A stretch of 64,000 bases of DNA, from NCBI GenBank assembly GCA_965140705.1, contig OZ223300.1, positions 1,632,001 through 1,696,000 on the forward strand. Direction: 5' to 3'. The position numbers and the translations under genes were made by a program. Shown here piece by piece: positions 20,637-31,157 of this stretch; position 1 is the stretch's first letter, and every line of letters starts with the position of its first letter. This DNA is from an uncultured Arcobacter sp. GTDB lineage: Bacteria > Campylobacterota > Campylobacteria > Campylobacterales > Arcobacteraceae. The notes under the pieces are model-generated. The model had not been told where the DNA came from, did not search any database, and saw only the letters and a program-made list of their open reading frames with translations.

Positions 20637-21993
20637 AGAAATCTTCTAAACTTAGTTTTTTCTTATCAATAATCTTTGTATAAACAATATAATTTACAAT
20701 AAAATCTTTTGCTTTTTCACTCTCCATAAGCTCTAGGCTTAAATATGGTTCATATAAATTATTAGCGTGAAATAGATCAAATTTTAATTTATCACTTACA
20801 TACTCTTTATTTTTTATATATCCGTAAAAACAAAGCAAAGGGTTGGAATAATCAGCTTTTAAATCATCTAATATATAAGTAAAATACTCAATATTTATCT
20901 TAGGATCAAGAAGTTCTTCTTTTTTTGTAGATAAGTTATTTAAAATCATTATCTTTTCAGCTTTTTTTAGATTTATTTGCATCAAACCTAAGTTAAACTC
21001 AGGTGATACTTTATTTTCATCAAAAGAGCTTAAAGTCTTAGCAAAGGAGTTAATCAATACTTTTTTATCATCAGGATATTTTTTTAAAAAATCATAATCT
21101 AATACTTTAAAATTATCACCAAATTTTATTTTCTCTTTCAATTGTTGCTTTATATATAAAGTATAAATATTTAAGTCATTTGATTCTCTTAGTGCATTTA
21201 AGCTTTTCTCATCTTTGTTTAATAAATAAAGCCAAAAGTTAGCTTTGTCTTTATCTTTTTGATTAATAGCTTTTAATAGAGCATTCTCAAAGTATATATT
21301 TGTTTTAAGATCATACTTTTTATTTAAAACTCTATTTAAACCCAATAAAAAGGATACCTCATAATTATAATTTGAATCATCAAATTCTAAAAAAGTAGAT
21401 TGTAAGAAGTTTAACTTGGGATTTGAAATAACTACTGATAAAAACTTTTCAAACCTTTTGTCATCTTTTATCTTTTCTATAGTCCTAGAGGGAAGTCTAT
21501 AGTTTAGTTTTTCATATAAAAAGTTATTACTAACATTTAAATATAAATCATAAATTATATCCTTAGAAGATGAAACAACTTTAGTAAAAGGAATAGGGGA
21601 GTTTATTATTTTTAACTCTTTTGTTAAAAGAGGATAAGTACCTTCTATCTTTTGTATTATTGAATTTAATTCTAAGGCATTTAATTTAAGAGCTTTTTTT
21701 AGAGTAAGTCCAACGGCAATACAATCACTATATGAATCAACTAACTCTTTTGCTTTTGCATTTAGACACTGAGAGACAGCTAGCGTCTCATCAAGATCTA
21801 TCTTCCTTGCATATTCATCAAAAATGATTTTATTTACATTTGAGATATGTTCTAATATATTTATAGTATTTTCATATGATTTTTCACTATTTGATAGTTT
21901 AACATAATTGTCAAAATCATTTTTTAAAATATTCTCAGAGGAATATACATAAGAATTTATGAGAAAAAAGCACAAAACAGTCTTAAATCTCAT
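20602..21993 (-). CDS. soluble lytic transglycosylase (Slt)-like protein, catalytic motif degenerate
   Basis: Signal peptide, LGLMQI, DPKINI, EPYLSLEL, NYIVY; the QES and AYN motifs are replaced. Confidence 0.8.
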   Translation of the reverse strand: MRFKTVLCFFLINSYVYSSENILKNDFDNYVKLSNSEKSYENTINILEHISNVNKIIFDEYARKIDLDETLAVSQCLNAKAKELVDSYSDCIAVGLTLKKALKLNALELNSIIQKIEGTYPLLTKELKIINSPIPFTKVVSSSKDIIYDLYLNVSNNFLYEKLNYRLPSRTIEKIKDDKRFEKFLSVVISNPKLNFLQSTFLEFDDSNYNYEVSFLLGLNRVLNKKYDLKTNIYFENALLKAINQKDKDKANFWLYLLNKDEKSLNALRESNDLNIYTLYIKQQLKEKIKFGDNFKVLDYDFLKKYPDDKKVLINSFAKTLSSFDENKVSPEFNLGLMQINLKKAEKIMILNNLSTKKEELLDPKINIEYFTYILDDLKADYSNPLLCFYGYIKNKEYVSDKLKFDLFHANNLYEPYLSLELMESEKAKDFIVNYIVYTKIIDKKKLSLEDFFKNLSLPSVSH

Positions 21994-22002
21994 AAAAAAT
22001 CC

Positions 22003-22281
22003 TTACATTCCCATAAATAATCTTCCTAAAAATGTTTCTAGGAAAATAAGTACTAAAATAAGAATCATTGGCGCTAAATCCATACCACCAAATACTGTAG
22101 GAATATACTTTCTTATTAAAGCATATGCAGGTTCTGTTAATCTATATAGCATTTGAACTATTGGATTATAAGGATCTGGTCTAACCCAAGAAATAAGGGC
22201 TGAAATAATTACCACCCACTTATACAAAAATATAACAGTCATTACAACTGTAGCAATTGAGCTTATTAATGCATCTGTCAT
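22003..22281 (-). CDS. yggT: YggT family membrane protein
   Basis: [24 protein letters not shown]...GGMDLAP. Confidence 0.93.
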   Translation of the reverse strand: MTDALISSIATVVMTVIFLYKWVVIISALISWVRPDPYNPIVQMLYRLTEPAYALIRKYIPTVFGGMDLAPMILILVLIFLETFLGRLFMGM

Positions 22282-23567
22282 TTTACAATTTCTCCCATAT
22301 AATTTTTAATTAGTGAATAAATAGCTGATAAATCTGGACCTGTATGTGTTCCTGTTAAAAGATATCTCAAATTTTTTGATAAGAATTTATTATCTAATTT
22401 TGTATTTTCTTTAATATATTTTTCTAATTCATTAAAATCATCTATAAAAGGAACAGAGGATAAACATTTTTTTAAATTAGAAAATTCATCTTCAAATCCT
22501 TCTAAAGAATCTTTTGAACTAAAAATTAAATCTATTTTAGCTTTTATCTCATTTATTGTACTTGCTTCATCTAAATATAGTTTTCCTAGCTTTCCAATAT
22601 CTGTATCAGCAAAACCTAATATTTTTGAAAATCTCATTTCATCTAAAGCAGCAATGTGTTTTTTATTGATAAATTTTAATTTTTCCATATCAAATTCAAC
22701 TGTATCATTTGAAACTTTTTTAATATCAAACCACTCAATAGCTTCTTCAATTGTAAAAATTTCACTTGGAGTTTTATTTCCTAATAATACTAAATAATTA
22801 GCAATTGCACTTGGTAAAAATCCTTCTTCTATAAAGTATTTTGCACTGTTTAAAATATTTTCTTCATTCTTATTTACATTTAAAATAGAGTTAAGATGTA
22901 TATAATCAATAATCTTAGTATAATTTAACTGATTTCTTACATGTATTTGTTTTGCTGTATTTTCTATATGTTTTTCATATCTTATTACAGTAGAGATATC
23001 ATAAAGCATATCATCAACAGAACAAGCGAAGTTATAAGTTGGTGTTTTATCATGTTTTAAAATGATAAAAGAATCAACATTATCTGGTTGAAAGCAAAAA
23101 TTTCCTTTAAGTAAATCAGTAAATTCAATAGTATTTTCTGGCTTTTTAATTCTAACTGTAAAGGGTGCATTACAGTTTAAAACTGTTTCATCAGATAAAG
23201 TTTCACAAAAACCATCATAACTAATTGCCTTTCCCTCTTCTTTACATTTAGCACTTATCTCTTCTAATTTTTCATCTGAACAAAAACAAGAAAAAGCTTT
23301 TTTTGAACTCATTAATTGCATAGTTAACTTTTGATGATATTTTAAATTTTCACTTTGATAAACAACAGCTTTATATTCAATAGAAAAAAGACTTAAAAGT
23401 TCAAGGGTTTCTTTATCATTTCCCTCAATAATTTTTTCCTTATCTAAATCCTCTATTCTTATTAAAAGTTCTTCATTTAACTGCTTAGCAACAATGTAGT
23501 TAAATAAAGCAACTCTTAGATTTCCTAGGCTCATAACCTCTGTAAGACTTTGTGAGAACCTTAACAA
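22278..23567 (-). CDS. gltX2: glutamate--tRNA ligase 2-like protein with degenerate HIGH and KMSKS motifs
   Basis: [36 protein letters not shown]...GPDL; intact 429-aa ORF. Confidence 0.85.
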   Translation of the reverse strand: MLRFSQSLTEVMSLGNLRVALFNYIVAKQLNEELLIRIEDLDKEKIIEGNDKETLELLSLFSIEYKAVVYQSENLKYHQKLTMQLMSSKKAFSCFCSDEKLEEISAKCKEEGKAISYDGFCETLSDETVLNCNAPFTVRIKKPENTIEFTDLLKGNFCFQPDNVDSFIILKHDKTPTYNFACSVDDMLYDISTVIRYEKHIENTAKQIHVRNQLNYTKIIDYIHLNSILNVNKNEENILNSAKYFIEEGFLPSAIANYLVLLGNKTPSEIFTIEEAIEWFDIKKVSNDTVEFDMEKLKFINKKHIAALDEMRFSKILGFADTDIGKLGKLYLDEASTINEIKAKIDLIFSSKDSLEGFEDEFSNLKKCLSSVPFIDDFNELEKYIKENTKLDNKFLSKNLRYLLTGTHTGPDLSAIYSLIKNYMGEIVK

Positions 23568-23568
23568 A

Positions 23569-24852
23569 TTATTTCCTTACTATTGAAAATGATAAGTTTT
23601 CTATCTCTGCATGAGATTTAATATAACTATTAATTTGTTTTAAACTTAATTTTTCTATTTTTTCTAACTCTTTAGTTGAATAATCTTGATTTAAGCCTCT
23701 ATAGTAAAGAGTAAAAGCTCGATTTAATCTTTGGCTTAGAGTTTCTACTCTTAAAGGCTCACTTCCTGTTAAGAAGTTTTTAGCAGCTTCTAATTCATCT
23801 TTAGTGATACCTTTATTTACAAATTCATTTACAATTTTAACTACTAAATCTTTTGCTTCATTTGCTGTTTCATTTTTTGTTTGTAAATAACCTGTAAAGT
23901 ATGTATGAGATTTATTTATAGAAATTTGACCATAGGCACTATAGGCTAGACCTCTTTTTACTCTTATCTCTTCCATTAATCTAGAACCAAAACCACTTCC
24001 ACCTAAAATAAAAGAAGCTACTTTTGCAATATAATTATTTTCATCATCTACTTTTACATTAAAAGGACTTCCAAAATAGATATATGCTTGTTCAGTCTCT
24101 TTTATTTGCTCTTTAACAATTTTTTTATCAGAAGCCTCAATATCTATCATCTTTAATTCTTTTCCATGTTTGAAAGAACTCAAAATAGGTTTTAAATTAG
24201 TTTTTAACTCATCTAAAGAGATATCTCCACCTGCCACAATAATTAAATTTTCTAAAATCAAATTTGAATTAATAAAGTTTTTAACATCTTCAAGTGAAAT
24301 CTTTGAAATAGACTCTACTGTTCCATTTGATGGATTTTCTAAAGCAGTACCTTTAAAAAGTATTTTATTTAATTCATTTCTTGCTACATAATCATAATCA
24401 TTCTCTTTTCTTTTTAAAGAACCCGTTAAAATTGTTTTTATTTTTTCTACTGTTTCATCTTTATAATTAGGCGACTTTAGTAATTCATTTAATAATTCTA
24501 AGCCATTTTTATAAACATCTTTGATAGATGATAATTCTATAACAAATGTTTCAAACCCATGAGAGACATTTAATGAAATTGCTAAGTTTTCTAATTTTTG
24601 TGCAAACTTTGTACTTCCATCTTTTAAAGTACCTTCGTTTAATAATCTTGCAGATAAACCTGCTAAACCATTTTTATCATTATCTTTTATTGAACCACTA
24701 TTTTTGAAAACTAGTTGTAAATTAAAAGTTGGTAAAGAGTGTTGTTCTTCAAAAATAACTGGTATATTTATATTTCCTATTTTAATATGCTCTATTTGGG
24801 CACCCATTAAAAATCCTTGTATTATTAATAATATTAATGCTATTTTTTTCAT
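23569..24852 (-). CDS. M16-family (pitrilysin-like) peptidase, non-catalytic type
   Basis: [22 protein letters not shown]; HxxEH absent ([14 protein letters not shown]). Confidence 0.88.
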   Translation of the reverse strand: MKKIALILLIIQGFLMGAQIEHIKIGNINIPVIFEEQHSLPTFNLQLVFKNSGSIKDNDKNGLAGLSARLLNEGTLKDGSTKFAQKLENLAISLNVSHGFETFVIELSSIKDVYKNGLELLNELLKSPNYKDETVEKIKTILTGSLKRKENDYDYVARNELNKILFKGTALENPSNGTVESISKISLEDVKNFINSNLILENLIIVAGGDISLDELKTNLKPILSSFKHGKELKMIDIEASDKKIVKEQIKETEQAYIYFGSPFNVKVDDENNYIAKVASFILGGSGFGSRLMEEIRVKRGLAYSAYGQISINKSHTYFTGYLQTKNETANEAKDLVVKIVNEFVNKGITKDELEAAKNFLTGSEPLRVETLSQRLNRAFTLYYRGLNQDYSTKELEKIEKLSLKQINSYIKSHAEIENLSFSIVRK

Positions 24853-24859
24853 ATTAGAA

Positions 24860-25927
24860 TTAAAACCTTTCTAATATCTCATATGCAGTATTTCTTTTAG
24901 CTGGATTTTCACCTATATCTCGTATTAATTCAATCATTTCATCTTGATTCATACAATTACTAGCACCTGCAGCAGCAACTACATTTTCTTCCATCATAGT
25001 ACTTCCAAGGTCATTTGCTCCAAATTTAAGTGCCATTTGACCAATATAACTCCCTTGAGTTACCCATGAGCTTTGAATATTAGGAAAATTATCTAAAAAA
25101 ATTCTTGAAACTGCTAAAAGTCTTAAATATCTATTTGAAGATTGAGGTTTTAAATCAGGAATTTCTTCTAATAATTTAGTATTACTACTTTGAAAAGACC
25201 ACATAATAAATGCTCTAAATCCACCAGTCTCATCTTGTAATTGTCTAATTAAATCCCAATGCTCAATAATCTCTTCATCTGTCTCAACTGTTCCAAACAT
25301 CATTGTAGCTGTTGTTTTCATACCAATTGAATGGGCAAGTCTATGAACTTCTAACCATTTACTTGCATCTATCTTTTTAGGAGCAATAATATCTCTTACT
25401 CTATCACTTAAAATTTCAGCCCCAGCCCCAGGAATAGAACTTAATCCTTTAGCTTGCAATCTTTTTAAAACTTCTAAGATAGATATTTTAGAAACCTTTG
25501 CAATATAAACAATTTCTATTGCAGAAAAAGAGTGTAGGGTGATTTGTGGGAATTTAGTATGAATATGTTCAACTAAATCTTCATAATAATCAATTTTTAA
25601 TTTTGGATGAACTCCACCTTGCATAAGTATTTGAGTTCCACCAATTTCAAGTAGCTCTTCTATTTTTTTATCAATCTCTTCATATGATAAAACATATGAA
25701 TCATCATCTCTCCCATGTCTATAGAAGGCACAGAATTTACAGTCAACCCAACATACATTTGTATAATTGATATTTCTATCAACTACAAAAGAGGTAATTT
25801 TATCGGGATGTAATTGTTCTTTAATTTTAGAAGCCATTTCTCCTAGTTCAACTAAAGAGGCATTTTGAATTAAATCTAATGCTTCTTTTTTCGTAATTCT
25901 ATTTGTTATACTCATTTTTTTTACCAT
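24860..25927 (-). CDS. mqnC: cyclic dehypoxanthine futalosine synthase (radical SAM)
   Basis: DRNINYTNVCWVDCKFCAF, PGAGAEIL, GANDLGSTMMEENV. Confidence 0.93.
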   Translation of the reverse strand: MVKKMSITNRITKKEALDLIQNASLVELGEMASKIKEQLHPDKITSFVVDRNINYTNVCWVDCKFCAFYRHGRDDDSYVLSYEEIDKKIEELLEIGGTQILMQGGVHPKLKIDYYEDLVEHIHTKFPQITLHSFSAIEIVYIAKVSKISILEVLKRLQAKGLSSIPGAGAEILSDRVRDIIAPKKIDASKWLEVHRLAHSIGMKTTATMMFGTVETDEEIIEHWDLIRQLQDETGGFRAFIMWSFQSSNTKLLEEIPDLKPQSSNRYLRLLAVSRIFLDNFPNIQSSWVTQGSYIGQMALKFGANDLGSTMMEENVVAAAGASNCMNQDEMIELIRDIGENPAKRNTAYEILERF

Positions 25928-25945
25928 AATTTACTCTTTATATTT

Positions 25946-28207
25946 TTAAAAAGATGATCCTAAAGCGAATTCAAATGTAGATGTTTTATCACCAGGTTTA
26001 TCATCTAGAGGTTGAGAGAAAATAAATTGAAGTGGACCAAATGGAGAAATCCATTCAAATAAAGCTCCTGTACCACTTCTTTTTACTTCAGAAAAAGAAT
26101 CTTTTCCAATCATACCATAATCATAAAAAACTCCCCATCTCATTTTAGATTTAGGAATTAAAGGAAAGGATAACTCAATACTATTTGTAAACATTTGTTT
26201 GTAAACTGTTTTATTTATTAAGTTATCATCTGGACCAAAGGCATATGATTCATAACCTCTTAATGATTTTGGACCACCCATATATAAAGAATCTCCTCTA
26301 TTTAGTTGTCCATTATCAATTAAATAATTTAAATTTGCTCTATATCTAAAAATCCAATCACTATCAATTAAATCTTCAAGTGAATGAAAATATCTAAAGT
26401 TTGTTAAACTCTTCAAATATTTAGAGTCTCCCCCAAGCCCTGCAAATTCTAAAGAAGTACCAGTTTTTATTCCCCTTCTTGGAACCATATAATCATCTGT
26501 ATTATCAAAATTAATATAAGGTGTAATAGAACTTGTTATATAATCTTGATCTACATCAGGAGGTAAAGTTTTTCCATCAGTATTATTTATATCTGTGTAT
26601 GTCTCATTAATCAAATCAAATCTATATTTTGAACCTGCGTATAAATTTCTTATAATTTCTCTTCCAGCTGATATAGAAAATCCTTTTGAAACTTTATCTA
26701 ATTGATAAGCCCCATTTTCAGTACCAGAATGATCTATTTCTTCTTCAGATTGATGAATTTCTATTCTTCCATTATATTTACTATCTCTAATAGCTGGATT
26801 ACTCAAAGAAAGTGCATAATTGTGATTTTTTTCTGAGAAATCAATATTTACAGCGGCTGCTAATCCAGATCCAAATACATTTTTTTCATTAATTCCTGCA
26901 TTTAATAATAATCCATCATAAGAACCATATCCACCACCAAGTGTAATATTTCCAGTTGGAGTCTCTTTTACATTTACAAGTAAATCCATAGTAGTATCAG
27001 TAATTCTTTTTTGTTCAATTATTACATCATCAAAAAAACCTGTTCTTTTTAGTTTATCTTTTGACTCATTAAAATCTGTAAGTGAAAATAAATCACCTGG
27101 GGCTAAATAAACATCTCTTCTTATAACTCTATCTAAGGTTCTACTATTCCCAGAAATTATCACATCTTTTATATAAACTTTTTTACCTGGAATTATATTG
27201 AATACAACATCAGCTGTACCTTTCTTTTCATCTTTATTTATGTCATATTTAACTTGAGTAAAAGCATAACCTAAATCAGATACTTTTGTTTTTAAAAATT
27301 CAACATCTTTTCGAAGTTTTTCAATATTAAAAACATCACCTTTTTCAAGCTTTAATTCACTATATAATGTTTTAGGATCAATTATTGAAGCATCAACGTA
27401 TATTTTTATATCATTTGTTTTATATTGTTTACCCTCATGGATGAAAAAATCTAAAACTGCATCATCTGAAGCAAAATTAATTTTCATAAATGGATCTTTA
27501 ACCGTAGAGTCAAGATAACCATTTTTAAAGTACTGATCTCTAATTCTTGGAGCATCATAAGGTAGTTGTTCCAAATTAACTTCTCCGCTGTTATTCCCAA
27601 ACCACCAAGGAATAAAATCTCTTTGATTATTTGCAGTTACTTCTGTGAAATCATCTGCTTCAAGTTTAGTAGCTCCATAATAATTAACTTTTCTAATTAA
27701 AATTTCATCACCCACATTTACATCAAAAGTAACAGCTACAGCATCATTATCTAAGTTTTCTACATTTACTTCAACAACAGAATTTACATAACCTTCTCTT
27801 TCTAAGTTTTTAAGTAAAATCTCTTTTGCATGCTTGATTTTAGAAGGAGTATACATAGTTCCTTTTTTTATACCCATTCTTGAATATAACTCTTCTTTAT
27901 CTTCATCTCTACTTTTGTAATTATTCATTTCTATATTAGCAATAGATGGTTTTTCTTTAAATATAAATTCAAGATTTCCATTGTTATTATTTACTTTTAT
28001 ATCATCAAAGTATCCAAATTTATAAAACTTTTTAATTGCACTATTAATTGATTTGTTATCTATATCATCACCAACTTTAAAGTTTATTGTTTCATCCGCG
28101 ATATCTTGAGAAATTCTAGATAAGTTAACATATTTTATTGACTGTATCTCTTGCCCATGCAAAAATGTAGCCAGTACTAAAGATGTATATAAAGCAGTTT
28201 TTTTCAC
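25946..28207 (-). CDS. bamA: outer membrane protein assembly factor BamA
   Basis: POTRA repeats, LRGYE loop, WISPFGPL, C-terminal Phe. Confidence 0.95.
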   Translation of the reverse strand: MKKTALYTSLVLATFLHGQEIQSIKYVNLSRISQDIADETINFKVGDDIDNKSINSAIKKFYKFGYFDDIKVNNNNGNLEFIFKEKPSIANIEMNNYKSRDEDKEELYSRMGIKKGTMYTPSKIKHAKEILLKNLEREGYVNSVVEVNVENLDNDAVAVTFDVNVGDEILIRKVNYYGATKLEADDFTEVTANNQRDFIPWWFGNNSGEVNLEQLPYDAPRIRDQYFKNGYLDSTVKDPFMKINFASDDAVLDFFIHEGKQYKTNDIKIYVDASIIDPKTLYSELKLEKGDVFNIEKLRKDVEFLKTKVSDLGYAFTQVKYDINKDEKKGTADVVFNIIPGKKVYIKDVIISGNSRTLDRVIRRDVYLAPGDLFSLTDFNESKDKLKRTGFFDDVIIEQKRITDTTMDLLVNVKETPTGNITLGGGYGSYDGLLLNAGINEKNVFGSGLAAAVNIDFSEKNHNYALSLSNPAIRDSKYNGRIEIHQSEEEIDHSGTENGAYQLDKVSKGFSISAGREIIRNLYAGSKYRFDLINETYTDINNTDGKTLPPDVDQDYITSSITPYINFDNTDDYMVPRRGIKTGTSLEFAGLGGDSKYLKSLTNFRYFHSLEDLIDSDWIFRYRANLNYLIDNGQLNRGDSLYMGGPKSLRGYESYAFGPDDNLINKTVYKQMFTNSIELSFPLIPKSKMRWGVFYDYGMIGKDSFSEVKRSGTGALFEWISPFGPLQFIFSQPLDDKPGDKTSTFEFALGSSF

Positions 28208-28315
28208 GTGTATCCTTATAACTATTCTTATTAAAGCAGATAATATAACTAAATAAAGTTTATAGGATGATTAAGATATAATCTTTTTTCATAATAAATA
28301 ACAAGAGGGAATATA

Positions 28316-29146
28316 GTGAATATTGGAATTATTGGGTTAGGCCTTATGGGTGGTTCTATTGCAAAAGCTGTAAAAAAATATGCGATTGCAAAAAATGTAT
28401 ATGGATATGCAAGAAATGAACAAACTGCAAAAGAAATAGAGGACTTAAAACTAGTCGATAAACTAATGAGTTTAGAAGATTTAAAAAAGAATTCAGATGT
28501 AATTATTTTAGCTATTCCAGTTGATTCAATAATCTCTATGTTTGATGAACTAAAAGATGTACCAAAAAATACTACAATAATGGATTTAGGGTCAACAAAA
28601 GAGTACATTGTTAAAAATATTCCAAAAGAAATAAGAAAAAACTTTATTGCAGCTCATCCTATGACTGGAACTGAAAATTTTGGTCCTAAAGCTGCAATTG
28701 ATGGTTTATATGAGGGTAAAACCGTTGTATTATGTGATTTAGAAGATAATGATGAAATACATAAAAATAGAGCAATAGAGATATTTCAAAATATTGGAAT
28801 GAGACTTGTATTTATGAAAGCTTCTGATCATGATATTCATGCTTGTTATATGTCACACTTGCCACATGCCATATCTTATTCCCTAGCTAATACGGTTATG
28901 AGCCATGAGGATCCAAGATCAATTATCGCACTAGCTGCCGGTGGTTTCAAAGATATGAGTAGGGTAGCAAAATCAAGTCCTAATATGTGGACAGATATTT
29001 TTAAACAAAATAGAAAAAATCTACTTAAATCAATAGATTTATTTGAAATACATATGAAAGAAGTAAGAAATATGGTTGAAAAAGAAGAGTATGAAGCATT
29101 AGCTCTATGGATGAAAAAGGCTAATAGCTTACATGAGATACTCTAA
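28316..29146 (+). CDS. tyrA: prephenate dehydrogenase
   Basis: GLGLMGGS, DLGSTK, HPMTG, SHLPH, GGFKDMSR. Confidence 0.95.
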   Translation: MNIGIIGLGLMGGSIAKAVKKYAIAKNVYGYARNEQTAKEIEDLKLVDKLMSLEDLKKNSDVIILAIPVDSIISMFDELKDVPKNTTIMDLGSTKEYIVKNIPKEIRKNFIAAHPMTGTENFGPKAAIDGLYEGKTVVLCDLEDNDEIHKNRAIEIFQNIGMRLVFMKASDHDIHACYMSHLPHAISYSLANTVMSHEDPRSIIALAAGGFKDMSRVAKSSPNMWTDIFKQNRKNLLKSIDLFEIHMKEVRNMVEKEEYEALALWMKKANSLHEIL

Positions 29147-29952
29147 AGTAACTGTATATTATTAATAGCTTCTTGAACTTTTATTGCTTGAAAATGTTCT
29201 TTTACATCATGACATCTCACAATTGAAGCACCATTTTTAATCGATTCTAAATGAATTGACAAAGTACCAGAAAGTCTCTCTTCTGGACTTGATTCTACAA
29301 TAGCATTTATCAAAGATTTTCTACTTGCTGCCATTAATAATTCAAATCCAAAATGGCTAAAATAATTTAAGTTTTTGATAAGTGTTAAATTATGTTGTAA
29401 ATTTTTCCCAAAGCCAATACCTACATCTAAGATAATATCTTTTATTCCAAAACTTTTTGCTTTTTCAACTCTTTGTTTAAAAAAGTCATCAATATCTAAA
29501 ATCACATTTTTGTATTCTGGACTTTGTTGCATATTTTGTGGATTATTTTGCATATGCATGATAATAACTTCAGCATTATATTTTGAAGCCACCTTACAAA
29601 CTTCATCATTTTTTAATCCTGTAATATCATTAACTATACTAAACCCTTTACATAATGCATAATCTAACACTTTAGGTTCATATGAATCTAATGAAAACTT
29701 CACTTTTTCATATAATTTTTCTTCATAAATTAAATCAATTATTGGTTTTACTCTACTTAGTTCTTCTTCAACTGAAACGGCAATACTTCCTGGACGACTT
29801 GAAACTCCTCCTAAATCAATTATATTTGCACCATCATTTATCATTTGTTCTATTTTTAAAACTGCACTTGAACCATAAAATCTACTATTTTTAAAAAATG
29901 AATCTTCATTGGCATTAATAATACCCATGATTTTTGTTTTGTTAGTTTTCAT
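29143..29952 (-). CDS. folP: dihydropteroate synthase
   Basis: IMGIINANEDSF, SSRPGS, DVGIGFGK, SRKS, VRCHDV. Confidence 0.95.
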   Translation of the reverse strand: MKTNKTKIMGIINANEDSFFKNSRFYGSSAVLKIEQMINDGANIIDLGGVSSRPGSIAVSVEEELSRVKPIIDLIYEEKLYEKVKFSLDSYEPKVLDYALCKGFSIVNDITGLKNDEVCKVASKYNAEVIIMHMQNNPQNMQQSPEYKNVILDIDDFFKQRVEKAKSFGIKDIILDVGIGFGKNLQHNLTLIKNLNYFSHFGFELLMAASRKSLINAIVESSPEERLSGTLSIHLESIKNGASIVRCHDVKEHFQAIKVQEAINNIQLL

Positions 29953-29977
29953 AAAATCTCACTTTTTTGAAGTTGTA

Positions 29978-30601
29978 TTATCTGTGTTTTCTATGAATAA
30001 TTGTAAGAAGTAGAGTAGTTAATATATTAATTGGTCTTGAGTTTAACTCTAAAAGTTTTATTCCATTTGAGAAAACATCTAACTCTTTTTGAGTTAATTT
30101 TATTTTTTGAGAATTAATTTTAATCATTACTGATTCTATAATCGCTTTTGCTTCTTTTTTACCAATTTTTTGATTATCTTTTAAAAATTGATATAAACTT
30201 TTCAAATCCATTCTAAAAAAATCAAAATCGATATCAACTCTATCTATTTTACTTTTAAGATATTTATGTGGCATTCTTGAAAGAATAGTAGGTAAAATAT
30301 TAGATTTTGATGTTGTAATAATAACAAAAACTATATTTTTAGGTGGTTCTTCTAATACTTTCAATAAAGAATTTTGGGCTTCAACCCTAAAGCTATTCCC
30401 ACAAAGAACTATATATTTTGTCTCATTTGATGAAATATAAGCTTCTTTAATAACTTGTTGAGCCTGAGCTGTTAAAAAATCATCTTTTTCTTCATTTCTT
30501 ATAATTCTGTAACTATGTGCAGGAAAGGAAGGAAGTAGACTATTTAAAGTCTCATCTATATTATTAACAATTAGTATACTTGAACTATTAATATTAATCA
30601 A
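29978..30601 (-). CDS. holB: DNA polymerase III delta-prime subunit
   Basis: AQNSLLKVLEEPP, ILPTILSR. Confidence 0.88.
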   Translation of the reverse strand: MININSSSILIVNNIDETLNSLLPSFPAHSYRIIRNEEKDDFLTAQAQQVIKEAYISSNETKYIVLCGNSFRVEAQNSLLKVLEEPPKNIVFVIITTSKSNILPTILSRMPHKYLKSKIDRVDIDFDFFRMDLKSLYQFLKDNQKIGKKEAKAIIESVMIKINSQKIKLTQKELDVFSNGIKLLELNSRPINILTTLLLTIIHRKHR

Positions 30602-30603
30602 TT

Positions 30604-31155
30604 TTAACTCTCAACGTTAATTTCAGCAAAAAGAGCTGCACTTAAGGTTTTATTATATAGTCTAAACATCTGTAAAAGCTTCATATCTAAAGCTATATCA
30701 CTACTTTTTAAATTAAAAGCATCTTGTTTTTCTTCATCAAAAAGCCAAAGAAAAGAGTATTTAGAAACTTTAGGTATAAAAGCTCTTGCATCTTGACTTC
30801 TTCCTATATACCAAAAACAATATCCATTTGGAAAAGAGATATTTAACATATCTTTTAAATAATTTACATCATCTTCATTTTGAACATTGTCCATTAATTT
30901 ATAAAATGATTTAAAATCATAAAAAGGCAAATAGGGTCTATTTAAACTTTTTTTATTTATATTTGTGAGAATATACTCTAAAAACCAATTTCTCTCATCA
31001 TCACTAACTACAATTACAGAACAACCTTTTTCCAAAATACTTATTATTGATTTAGCTACTAAAGGAGTCCATTCATATTTTTTTTCTTCTAACCAAGGAG
31101 ATAATAGTTTATCGTCCCTGATTGTATCAACAGTCCAATTTAAGAATTCTTGCAC
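30604..31155 (-). CDS. hobA: DnaA-binding replication regulator HobA
   Basis: FLNWTVDTIR, WLEEKKYEWTPL, FWYIG; lysC-hobA-holB-folP synteny. Confidence 0.88.
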   Translation of the reverse strand: MQEFLNWTVDTIRDDKLLSPWLEEKKYEWTPLVAKSIISILEKGCSVIVVSDDERNWFLEYILTNINKKSLNRPYLPFYDFKSFYKLMDNVQNEDDVNYLKDMLNISFPNGYCFWYIGRSQDARAFIPKVSKYSFLWLFDEEKQDAFNLKSSDIALDMKLLQMFRLYNKTLSAALFAEINVES

Positions 31156-31157
31156 TT

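Noticed and set aside
23569..24852. Missing HxxEH in the M16 protein as a novelty
   Set aside because: Non-catalytic M16B subunits are common and well known.
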